A stretch of DNA of 38,717 nt from Comamonadaceae bacterium (GCA_947452325.1 CANGCZ010000001.1:1-38717), one strand, 5' to 3'. Shown: positions 19,662 through 27,928, counted from the stretch's first letter. The notes: generated from the sequence alone by a model not told the origin. Numbers and translations: made by a program.

Positions 19662-19794
19662 CCTTGCGTCAGCAAGGCATCGGTTTTCGGGCGAAGCTCA
19701 TATCGCGCAAGCGATGTGAGCGAAGACCATAAGGCCTGCGTGCAACGGCCAGGCTATAAGCACGGCACCCGCGAAGCGGGGTCTCTGGAAAGTC
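19662..19794 (+). ncRNA. Unassigned structured RNA candidate 3' of metK
   Basis: Four consecutive stem-loops including a GCAA tetraloop; G-U pairs favour the + strand; no ORF; followed by a terminator. Confidence 0.5.
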
Positions 19795-19828
19795 AAAAGC
19801 CTTGTGCGGTCAACGCACAAGGCTTTTT
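19795..19828. terminator. Bidirectional intrinsic terminator
   Basis: AAAAGCCTTGTGCG-GTCAA-CGCACAAGGCTTTTT, between convergent metK and cytochrome c. Confidence 0.9.
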
Positions 19829-19878
19829 ATATTAAGAAAACTAAGCGGTATCAAAAATCACCGCTGCAACAATAGCTA

Positions 19879-20457
19879 TCAGTTCAAACCGGCTATGTAA
19901 TGGCCCAGGTTTTCAATGTCTTCTTCACTCAAAGTGCTGGCCACACTGGTCATATTGCCTGCATCGTTGGTGCGGTTCTTGGCTTTGAAGTCCTTGAGGG
20001 TTTTGATCACGTAGTCGTAATTTTGACCCGCCACTTTCGGGATTTCATTTTGTCCGCTGAACTCTCCCAGGTGGCACATCGCGCACAAGGTTTCATCGGC
20101 TTTGGCCAGGCCTTTTTTGGCTTTATCAGGGTCGGCTTTGAAATTCTTGCTGGTGAGTTTTTGTTTGGAAAAGAAATCAGCGATTTCGCGCATGTCATCA
20201 CGGGTCAAACCTGCGGTCATGGGCGTCATCATGTCGTTGTGACGGCGACCTTCTTGGAAGTCGCGCAATTGCAAATATATGTAGCGGGCGTTTTGCCCGG
20301 CCAGGCTGGGCGTATTGGGCATGCTGGAGTTGCCGTTGGGACCAGGACCTGCCATGCAGGTTGCGGCTTTCTCCGGCGCGTGAGCCTGCGCCAGTGAAGG
20401 CATGACAGACAACAGCACAACCATTGCAACAAAGGAAAAATGAGAAAGGATTTTCAT
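19879..20457 (-). CDS. c4-like two-domain c-type cytochrome with the first haem motif broken
   Basis: Signal peptide; duplicated 'P..AGQN..Y....L.DF....R.N..M' domains; second motif CAMCH intact, first reads CMAGP. Confidence 0.85.
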   Translation of the reverse strand: MKILSHFSFVAMVVLLSVMPSLAQAHAPEKAATCMAGPGPNGNSSMPNTPSLAGQNARYIYLQLRDFQEGRRHNDMMTPMTAGLTRDDMREIADFFSKQKLTSKNFKADPDKAKKGLAKADETLCAMCHLGEFSGQNEIPKVAGQNYDYVIKTLKDFKAKNRTNDAGNMTSVASTLSEEDIENLGHYIAGLN

Positions 20458-20480
20458 ACGGTTTTCAAAGGTCTGATATC

Positions 20481-20516
20481 AAAAAGGCCTGGGTGCATTT
20501 GCATGCACACAGGCCT
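20481..20516 (-). terminator. Internal terminator-like hairpin between PQQ dehydrogenase and cytochrome c
   Basis: Minus strand AGGCCTGTGTGCAT-GCAA-ATGCACCCAGGCCT followed by TTTT. Confidence 0.7.
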
Positions 20517-20536
20517 CGGCTTAACGCTCAGTCAGC

Positions 20537-22210
20537 TCAGGGCAGTGCGAACACCACCACAGAATTGCCGCGCTTGGCATCGATCTGGTTGTTACCACCA
20601 GCTGCCACTGCAATGTACTGCTTTCCGCCCACGGTGTAAGACACGGGGGGTGCATTCACGCCTGCGCCAGTCTGGTATTCCCAGAGTTTCTTGCCGCTCT
20701 TGGCATCGAAAGCGCGGAACAAGCCATTGGCTTCACCGTTGAACACCAGGCCGCCGGCAGTAGCCAGCACGCCGCCGATCAAAGGCTCGTCAGTGTCGAA
20801 TTTCCATGCCACTTTGCCAGTGTCAAGATTGACAGCAGACAAACGACCGGATTGCTTTTCACTGGGGATGGTTTTGAACGCACCGCCCAACCACAGCTTG
20901 CCGCCGGGGTACTTGGAAGCTTCGACGTGGTAAGTCATGGGTTGCAGCAGGTTGGCTGCGTAGACCAGACGTGTTTCAGGATTGATAGCCATGGGGCTCC
21001 ATTCCACACCGCCGTTGGCACCCAACATCATTTTGGCGCCTTCTTTGGTGGGCAGGGTCCACATGCCATCGATTGGCACCATGGGTTCAGACAAACGGAT
21101 CAGTTCGCCAGTGGCACGGTCGTGGACGTACACGAAACCGGTTTTGCCGCCGTGGATAGCCACTTTGACCATCTTGCCGTCTTTGCCTTTGGCTTCTGTC
21201 AGGATGACAGGAGACACAGCGTCAACGTCCCACACATCGTGTGCCACGTACTGGTAGTGCCATTTGTATTTGCCAGTGTTCAGGTCAACGGCAACGATAG
21301 AGTCGGTGTACAGGTTGTCTCCAGGACGCTCAGCACCGTACAGGTCAGGGCTGGGGTTACCGACCACAAAGAATGCAGTGTTGGTTTCCAAATCGACAGC
21401 AGGTGTCATCCATACGCCACCGCCCAGGGTTTTGTAGAAATCGCCGCCTTGTTTGGCCAATTGCTCTTTTTCAGCGGCGATGTCACGGTGCATATTGCGA
21501 CCGCTGGCATCGTTCACAGCCCAAACGCCTTCATGGCCTTTGTCAGGGATGGTGTAGAAAGTCCACTGCAGTTTGCCATCTTTGGCGTCAAAGGATTTAA
21601 CGAAACCGCGGATGCCGTATTCGCCGCCGTTGGTACCGATCAGGATGCGACCGTTCACAGCTACAGGTGCCATGGTTTCTGAATAACCCAACTCGGGGTC
21701 AGCAATCTGGGTATCCCAGACCAGCTTGCCTGTTTTGGCGTCCAAGGCAACCAGTTTGGCGTCCAGGGTACCCATGAACACGTGGCCGCCAGAAATGGCA
21801 ACACCGCGGTTGTTAGGGCCGCAGCAATAGGTGGTGACGGGACCCATTTTGTGTTTGTAGTGCCACTTTTGCTTGCCAGTGACAGGGTCAATGGCGTAAA
21901 CGTGGTTGTAAGAGGTGGTGATGTACATGGTGCCATCAACCACAACCGGTGCTGTTTCCATGGATTCCAGAACTTCGGTCTGGAAAGTGAAAGCAGGACG
22001 CAGCGAAGCTACGTTGGATGTGTTGATTTGCTTGGCCGGGTAGTAACGGCTGTTGGCGTAATTTGCATTGGTGTGCAAAAAGTTGTTGGCGTCTTTTTCA
22101 GCTGCGCTCAGTTGAGCTTGGCTGACTTCCGCCTGGGCGAACCCGGCTGACAAAACACCGACTGCCAAGCAGGCGATGGTTTGGGAAAATTTCTTTCCAA
22201 AATTGTGCAT
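20537..22210 (-). CDS. Periplasmic PQQ-dependent alcohol dehydrogenase-family quinoprotein
   Basis: Signal peptide, Trp-docking beta-propeller repeats, vicinal cysteines 'CCGPNNRG', 'GGEYGIRG', 'GNPSP', 'HDVWDVD'; no fused cytochrome domain; AGGAG RBS. Confidence 0.92.
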   Translation of the reverse strand: MHNFGKKFSQTIACLAVGVLSAGFAQAEVSQAQLSAAEKDANNFLHTNANYANSRYYPAKQINTSNVASLRPAFTFQTEVLESMETAPVVVDGTMYITTSYNHVYAIDPVTGKQKWHYKHKMGPVTTYCCGPNNRGVAISGGHVFMGTLDAKLVALDAKTGKLVWDTQIADPELGYSETMAPVAVNGRILIGTNGGEYGIRGFVKSFDAKDGKLQWTFYTIPDKGHEGVWAVNDASGRNMHRDIAAEKEQLAKQGGDFYKTLGGGVWMTPAVDLETNTAFFVVGNPSPDLYGAERPGDNLYTDSIVAVDLNTGKYKWHYQYVAHDVWDVDAVSPVILTEAKGKDGKMVKVAIHGGKTGFVYVHDRATGELIRLSEPMVPIDGMWTLPTKEGAKMMLGANGGVEWSPMAINPETRLVYAANLLQPMTYHVEASKYPGGKLWLGGAFKTIPSEKQSGRLSAVNLDTGKVAWKFDTDEPLIGGVLATAGGLVFNGEANGLFRAFDAKSGKKLWEYQTGAGVNAPPVSYTVGGKQYIAVAAGGNNQIDAKRGNSVVVFALP

Positions 22211-22469
22211 TTGTGCTCCTTATGCCTTGCGGCCATGTTTGAAAAACCAGATTGAATTGAGCAATGAATACCCAATCCTTGTCCAGAAGTCTGGGTATTC
22301 AACTTGCGATAACCTTGTGCTGTCAGAAACACGTATCACCTGCAAGGAAAATTTCCCATGGCCCATCTTAACCACCCCATATGGAATTGCACTAGGTTGA
22401 AATACACCCAAAGGGAAAACCCTTAAGATTTCCACAGCCTAAGCTTTTGACTTTGACAGCCCATAGAAC

Positions 22470-23132
22470 ATGACAAAACTGCATTTCATTCTCAAATTGT
22501 TTACTATTGGAGTCGCTTTGATTAGCGGCTTTTGTTTACCGGTTGCAGCACAAATCAGCCCGCACCAATCGGTCAATGCACAGTTGCTGGTTGCTGCCCG
22601 CCAAGCAGATGCCGAAGGCATACAAAAAAGCCTGGATCGCGGGGCGTCCCCGAATTCCCGCAACCGTGAAGGCAAAACGGCGCTCTTCATGGGCATTGAA
22701 AAAAACCAGATGCCCATTGTTCGGATGATGCTGGCTGCCGGTGCCGATGTGAACCTGGCTTCGCTGGAGAAAGTCACTCCCTTGATTGCAGCCGCCTATG
22801 CGGGTAACTCAGAGATCGTCGGTCTGTTAATAGACAAAGGCGCCAAACTCGAAGAGCAAGACCGGTTGCATAAGTCGGCCTTGGTGTATGCCGCTGGCAT
22901 GGGTCACACAACCGTGGTGGAACAACTCCTGAATGCAGGTGCTTTGAAAGATGCTGCCTACGCTGACGGCTTGACGCCGCTGATGTGGGCCGCCGGTCAA
23001 GGCCATACAGCAGCGGTCAAATTGTTGCTGGCCCAGGGCGCCGACAAGCACTTGAAAGATGACCGTGGCATGACCGCCGCAACCATCGCCAAAGAAGCAG
23101 GTCACGCCGATATCGCTGAACTGTTGCAATAA
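22470..23132 (+). CDS. Secreted ankyrin-repeat protein
   Basis: Signal peptide ending 'VAA-Q'; repeats 'GKTALFMG', 'TPLIAAA', 'SALVYAA', 'GLTPLMWAA', 'GMTAATIA'. Confidence 0.9.
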   Translation: MTKLHFILKLFTIGVALISGFCLPVAAQISPHQSVNAQLLVAARQADAEGIQKSLDRGASPNSRNREGKTALFMGIEKNQMPIVRMMLAAGADVNLASLEKVTPLIAAAYAGNSEIVGLLIDKGAKLEEQDRLHKSALVYAAGMGHTTVVEQLLNAGALKDAAYADGLTPLMWAAGQGHTAAVKLLLAQGADKHLKDDRGMTAATIAKEAGHADIAELLQ

Positions 23133-23220
23133 GCAAACACTACACTGAAATTCAACTATTTCCCGTCTGCCAAAGGGTTTTTCAAAGACTGATCGCTGCC
23201 TGAATGGGTGAAGTCAAGCT

Positions 23221-23769
23221 TCACTGGTTGGGCTCATTGAAACAGCTTTTCTCTACTTCATCGTACATGGCAGCGCGCTGTGTGTCGCTGTGGTAAATCT
23301 TCCAGATTTCATCGGCAATCGCCCGGGTAATCTGCTTGAACTCCGGGTTGCAGTGGTGCTTGAGTTGGTCTTGAAATGTGGCCTGCCCGCGTTGCCAGTG
23401 GTTTTCACGCAGGATGAAGGCGTAGTGCACCAATTCATGTCCCACACCCCAGGAAACCATTTCCTTGCTGTACTGTTCAATGGTGCGTGGCGCAATACTG
23501 ATCTGCATTTGATACGAGGGAAATTGCTCTGTTGGGTATTGAAATCCCATGCGCGCAAACGGTGGCACATGCCAGTCCAGTACCAGCCTGGGTGGCGGTA
23601 AATCGCTTGGAGCGTGGGTACTGAGTTTGACAAAGTCCCACATTCGACCAATGACGTCATAGTCAATCTCGGGCGGCGTGTATTCGATCGTATGAAAGTC
23701 GTCTGCCGCCATCACAGACAGTGGCAGACAACACATTGACAGCGCGAAAAAGAAGGGTTTGAAACGCAT
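23221..23769 (-). CDS. Secreted hypothetical protein with a zincin HExxH motif
   Basis: Signal peptide ('SVMA-A'), 'GHELVHY', later 'HHCNPEF'. Confidence 0.7.
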   Translation of the reverse strand: MRFKPFFFALSMCCLPLSVMAADDFHTIEYTPPEIDYDVIGRMWDFVKLSTHAPSDLPPPRLVLDWHVPPFARMGFQYPTEQFPSYQMQISIAPRTIEQYSKEMVSWGVGHELVHYAFILRENHWQRGQATFQDQLKHHCNPEFKQITRAIADEIWKIYHSDTQRAAMYDEVEKSCFNEPNQ

Positions 23770-23866
23770 GCCTGGGCCCGATTAATTGCCTTGAACATAG
23801 CATTAAGCAGACCGTATTGAACCGGATTTAAACCTTGCCCCTAGGGACAGCGGGGGAGTAGCAAGC

Positions 23867-25072
23867 TCAAAGTTGGTCGCGTTTGGCCAGCTCAGGAAAC
23901 AATTTCAGCCAGGCGGCAGCAATACAGACAGTGCCTATGCCCCCGGCCACCACAGACACGACAGGCCCCCAAAGGGCCGCAGTCAAACCAGATTCAAATT
24001 CGCCCAGTTCGTTAGAAGCGCCGATAAACACCCCATTGACCGCCGCCACTCGCCCGCGCATGTCGTCCGGTGTTTCCAATTGCATCAGGGTCAAACGCGT
24101 GACCACGCTGATATTGTCGGCCGCACCTGTGACAGCCAATGCCGCCAGCGACAACACAAAACTGTCAGACAAACCGAATACAGATGAAGCCAAACCAAAG
24201 ACTGCTACCGCCGCCAGCAGCTTGTAGCCGACCTGCCGCTGTATTGGCCAGCGGGTGATGATGATGGACATGCACAATGCGCCGGAGGCAGGCGCTGCAC
24301 GCAGCAGCCCCAGGCCGTCGGGTCCAACGTGCAATATGTCGCGCGCAAAAATCGGTAGCAACGCCGTGGCGCCTCCCAGCAGCACGGCAAACAAATCCAG
24401 TGAAATCGCACCGAACAAGACCTTGCGTTCCCAGACAAAAGCCACGCCTGCAAACAGCGACTGCCAACTCAAGCTGTTGTGGCGCACCACGTGTTCGTAG
24501 CGCACCCACAGAGTCAGCAGCATGGACAAAGTGAACAGCACCGCGCACACAGAGTAAACGGTCAATGCGCCCGTCAAATACAGCACACCGCCGATAGCTG
24601 GCCCGCCAATCACCGAAACTTCAACGCCGGTAGAACTCAGCGCAATCGCGCGCTGAAACAAATGCTTGGGCACCAGCAGTGGTGTGATGGCTTGTTGCGC
24701 CGGCATTTGAAAAGCACGGGTCACACCCAGCACCCAGGCCACAACAAATATCAATTCTCGGCTGGCTTGCCCGCGCAAGGTCGCTGTGCCCAGCACCACG
24801 GCCACCAAGGCCAACACCAACATACAAGTAGCGAATATGCGGCCTCTGTGCAGTCGGTCAATCACATGACCGGCAGGCAAAGCCATGAGCAGCGCAGGAA
24901 TGAATTGAAACAAGCCCACCAAGCCCAAATCCCAGGCACTGCCGGTCAATTCATACATGTGCCAGCTGATCGCCAGCATCAGCATTTGGTACGCTGAAAT
25001 ACCAAAAATACGCGCCAGCCAAAACCGCATGAACTGGCGTTGCGCCAGTAATTCAGAGAAAGACGAAGTCAT
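23867..25072 (-). CDS. MFS transporter (DHA3/EntS-like)
   Basis: Multi-TM pattern; motif A 'GHVIDRLHRGR'; 'GPAIGG'; 'TPDDMRGRV'. Confidence 0.9.
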   Translation of the reverse strand: MTSSFSELLAQRQFMRFWLARIFGISAYQMLMLAISWHMYELTGSAWDLGLVGLFQFIPALLMALPAGHVIDRLHRGRIFATCMLVLALVAVVLGTATLRGQASRELIFVVAWVLGVTRAFQMPAQQAITPLLVPKHLFQRAIALSSTGVEVSVIGGPAIGGVLYLTGALTVYSVCAVLFTLSMLLTLWVRYEHVVRHNSLSWQSLFAGVAFVWERKVLFGAISLDLFAVLLGGATALLPIFARDILHVGPDGLGLLRAAPASGALCMSIIITRWPIQRQVGYKLLAAVAVFGLASSVFGLSDSFVLSLAALAVTGAADNISVVTRLTLMQLETPDDMRGRVAAVNGVFIGASNELGEFESGLTAALWGPVVSVVAGGIGTVCIAAAWLKLFPELAKRDQL

Positions 25073-25114
25073 TCAGGCATTGTCGGGGCAAAACGCAGGC
25101 TAAGCTGGTTTAAC

Positions 25115-25147
25115 AAAAAGCCCTCTGAAACCTGTTTCAGAGGGCTT
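25115..25147 (-). terminator. Intrinsic terminator after ibpA
   Basis: Minus strand AAGCCCTCTGAAAC-AG-GTTTCAGAGGGCTTTTT. Confidence 0.85.
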
Positions 25148-25185
25148 GCGCTGTGTTTGAGGTGCAGGCGAGAACGTCGGCTGTT

Positions 25186-25647
25186 TCAAGCGGCCAAACG
25201 CTCGTCCACCATGTGCTTGGCGGTGCCGCCGATCAGGATTTTGCGCGACAATTTTTCTTCCGGAATCACGTTTTCCAAGCGGATGACCAGCAAGCCATTG
25301 ACCATGTCGGCGGCGCGCACCACCACGGTCTCGGCCAATGTGAATTGGTGGCTGAAATCACGCGTGGCAATGCCTTTATGCAGATAATCGCCAGTGGCAT
25401 TGGCCTGTACCTTGCCGGAAATACTGAGCTTGTTGCCCTCGACAGTGATGTCGATGTCTTCCTGTTTGAAACCCGCCACCGCGACTTCAACCAGATAATT
25501 GTTTTCGCTTTGCTTAACGATGTTGTAGGGTGGATAAGTTTGCGCCCTAGAAGCAGGGTCGCCGGTTTCGAGTTGCTGAAAAGCATCGATCAAGCGTTCG
25601 AAGCCGACAGAATTGAGCAGGACATTGCGTCCGAATGCATAAGCCAT
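25186..25647 (-). CDS. ibpA: Small heat-shock protein (Hsp20, IbpA-like)
   Basis: 'VGFERL', 'YPPYNI', 'AVAGF', 'YLHKGIA.R.F...F.LA', 'NGLL'; ATG at 25647 with AGGAG. Confidence 0.92.
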   Translation of the reverse strand: MAYAFGRNVLLNSVGFERLIDAFQQLETGDPASRAQTYPPYNIVKQSENNYLVEVAVAGFKQEDIDITVEGNKLSISGKVQANATGDYLHKGIATRDFSHQFTLAETVVVRAADMVNGLLVIRLENVIPEEKLSRKILIGGTAKHMVDERLAA

Positions 25648-25710
25648 TTGAAATCTCCTTGAATACAAGCAAGTGAATGAAATACCAGAGCCCCGCAGGC
25701 ACTCTGGTAG
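25645..25710 (-). promoter_or_regulatory. ROSE-type RNA thermometer in the ibpA 5'UTR
   Basis: Minus strand: hairpin TACCAGAG...CTCTGGTA, then CTTGCTTG-TATT-CAAGGAG, i.e. U(U/C)GCU opposite the AGGA Shine-Dalgarno. Confidence 0.75.
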
Positions 25711-25714
25711 CAAT

Positions 25715-25743
25715 TACTTTTGGTTCAGATGGGAAATTTCAAG
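25715..25743 (-). promoter_or_regulatory. Putative sigma32 (RpoH) promoter
   Basis: CTTGAAA -35 (25743-25737), 13-nt spacer, then a weak -10 (CCAAAAGTA), upstream of a small heat-shock gene. Confidence 0.55.
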
Positions 25744-25755
25744 AGGCTAGGGGAT

Positions 25756-26490
25756 TCAAATCGTCATGCCGCCGTCCACAGAATACGCATTGCCGGTGGA
25801 AAAACGCGATTCATCGCTGGCCAGAAACACCACGATAGGAGCGATTTCATGCGCCTGTGCCAAACGGCCCATGGGCTGTCTGGCGATGAAGTTTTTGCGC
25901 GCCTGTACCGGGTCAGCCTGGCTATTGATCCGGTCCTGAAGCGAAGGCGTGTCTACGGTGCCGGGGCAAATCGCATTGCAGCGTATGCCTTGGGCCACGT
26001 AATCAGCTGCCACGGCTTTGGTCAGACCAATCACCGCCGCCTTGCTCACGCCATAGACAAAACGGTTGGGCAAACCCTTGATGCTGGAAGCCACACTGGC
26101 CATGTTGATGATGCTGCCGCTGCCCTGCGCAAGCATCTTCGGCAGTACCGCCTGGATCATCCAGAACTGCGAACGTGCATTCAAGTTCATGGCGAAATCC
26201 CATTGCTCATCGGTGGCGTCCAACGCAGTATTGCTGTGCACATAGCCGGCGCAATTGAACACCGCGTCAATCTTTTCAATACGAGCGACCAAGGCGTGTA
26301 TGCCCGCCTTGTCCATCACATCTAACTTAGCCGTGTGAATACGTTCTTGTCCGGCAAACGCATCGAGTAATGCGGGGTTGACATCAGTGGCCCATACAGT
26401 GGCGCCTTCTGCGGCCATGGCCAGCACGGAGGCATGTCCTATGCCTTGTCCGGCAGCGGTCACAAGAACGGTTTTGTTGGCAAGGCGCAT
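25756..26490 (-). CDS. SDR oxidoreductase (BDH2 / 2-keto-3-deoxy-L-fuconate dehydrogenase-like)
   Basis: 'TAAGQGIG', 'FNCAG', 'NRFVYGVSK' (YxxxK), 'CPGTVDTPSL', 'RQPMGR'; ATG at 26490 with AGGAG. Confidence 0.88.
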   Translation of the reverse strand: MRLANKTVLVTAAGQGIGHASVLAMAAEGATVWATDVNPALLDAFAGQERIHTAKLDVMDKAGIHALVARIEKIDAVFNCAGYVHSNTALDATDEQWDFAMNLNARSQFWMIQAVLPKMLAQGSGSIINMASVASSIKGLPNRFVYGVSKAAVIGLTKAVAADYVAQGIRCNAICPGTVDTPSLQDRINSQADPVQARKNFIARQPMGRLAQAHEIAPIVVFLASDESRFSTGNAYSVDGGMTI

Positions 26491-26573
26491 GGGTTGTCTC
26501 CTGGAAAAACCCATAGCTTAATCATTTCACAACCGCGCTCCACGCCGAGCGCCGCGCGCATATCAAAATCCAG

Positions 26574-27737
26574 CTATTGAACCAACGATACCGCTTGATC
26601 GACAAAACGGTAAATCTCCAGTGGCAGTTTGCCGTTGGGACCCAGGGTTTTCTTGTCCCTGTGCTGACCGGTGCGCACCACCACCAACTCCAGCGATGGC
26701 ACCACAATCACATACTGGCCTTCGTGGCCTTGCATCAAATAAAAGGGGTGCTCGTACGTCCAATCCATCCACAGTGAATGGCCGTAATACTGCTGGAGAT
26801 CCGGTTGACGCATGCGTGCAATGAAAGCCTTGTCCAGCAACACCTGACCGTTCCATTGACCATCCTGTAGCAGCAGTTGCCCAAAGCGCGCAAAGTCTCG
26901 GGCGCTGGCAAACACACAACAATAAGTGCGTTCCATACCGCCTTCAACTTCAGGCCTGTCCATGGTGTAAATGGCATCATTTTCCATGCCCAGAGGCTGC
27001 CATAAACTGCGCGATAAATGCTGACTGATAGTCAAGCCGGGCTCTTTGGCTTGCAAGGCGCGCTTTAAGAACACGCCCAGTAATTGCGTGCTGCCACTGC
27101 TGTACTCGTACTCGCTGCCGGGCTCACGCTCAAATCCGTGCGACAAGACCAGCGCCTCGGCATTTTTTCCGAAGTACAAATCCGTGGTCATGTTCAACGG
27201 CAGGTAATAGTTTTCCTCCCATTCATGGCCTGACTTCATGGCAGCAAGTTGGGCGATGGTCGCTTTTTGTCCTCGTGTATCGTTGGCGTATTCCTTGATC
27301 TGCTCGGTCAAAGGCGCGTCAAAACTGCTGATGAAGCCTTGTTTGACGGCCAGTCCAGTCTGCAAAGTGGTGATCGTTTTGGCCATAGAAAATGAGTTAG
27401 TCAGGCTTTGGGCGTTGTAAGGTGCAAAATATTCTTCATGCACCAAAGCACCTTTTTGGATCACTAAAAATGCAGCGCTGCCGTATTGATTCAAATAATC
27501 TCTTGTTTGCACGTCCAATGGCTTTTGGTTGTAGCGAGGGTCCTTGGGCCAGGCAACGGAAACTCCCTTGGCAATCAGTCGCTGGTCAAAATTGCGTGAA
27601 TCATCAATATAGGCTGTTCGGTGTCCCTGCAAATACGTACCGGCAAGTGCACGCCATATGTAGCTGTGTCCGCTGAACTGCAGGCCAGCTGCCAAGAGCA
27701 ACAACACAAGTGTTGCGATGGTCAAAGTCTTTTTCAT
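26574..27737 (-). CDS. Serine hydrolase of the beta-lactamase (class C-like) fold
   Basis: SxxK 'SMAK', 'PG..YEYSS', 'L..PLGM', 'SARDFARFG'; N-terminal hydrophobic anchor. Confidence 0.87.
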   Translation of the reverse strand: MKKTLTIATLVLLLLAAGLQFSGHSYIWRALAGTYLQGHRTAYIDDSRNFDQRLIAKGVSVAWPKDPRYNQKPLDVQTRDYLNQYGSAAFLVIQKGALVHEEYFAPYNAQSLTNSFSMAKTITTLQTGLAVKQGFISSFDAPLTEQIKEYANDTRGQKATIAQLAAMKSGHEWEENYYLPLNMTTDLYFGKNAEALVLSHGFEREPGSEYEYSSGSTQLLGVFLKRALQAKEPGLTISQHLSRSLWQPLGMENDAIYTMDRPEVEGGMERTYCCVFASARDFARFGQLLLQDGQWNGQVLLDKAFIARMRQPDLQQYYGHSLWMDWTYEHPFYLMQGHEGQYVIVVPSLELVVVRTGQHRDKKTLGPNGKLPLEIYRFVDQAVSLVQ

Positions 27738-27928
27738 TGAATATCTTTCTTCAAACAGCTGCACTTTAGCCAATCCCATAAAACACGGGCGTGATTTTTA
27801 ACACCCCATAATGCCGCTATGGACCTTCAGGCATTGTTTTCTAAGCTGATCTACCTGACCTACAGATTGGCCAATTTCGTCAACAACAGCTTGATGGATG
27901 ACCCGGCCTATCTGGCACTCATATTCAC

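Noticed and set aside
19783-19792. CTCTGGAAAG resembles the glycine riboswitch inter-aptamer linker; GGAAAGTC resembles an RNase P conserved region
   Set aside because: The other conserved elements of either RNA are absent and a terminator follows immediately.
19662-19794. Self-cleaving ribozyme (twister-sister-like GCAAGGC and TGCAA loop; HDV-like GCGAA) or a canonical SAH riboswitch
   Set aside because: The required helices and pseudoknots could not be built by eye. Kept only as an unassigned RNA.
22211-23220. pqqA precursor peptide near the PQQ dehydrogenase
   Set aside because: No short ORF with the E-x-x-x-Y PqqA pattern was seen in the flanking intergenic regions.
26574-27737. Beta-lactam resistance gene
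   Set aside because: It has SxxK but Y-S-S in place of YxN and no KTG triad, which fits the broad esterase/amidase family. Resistance cannot be claimed.
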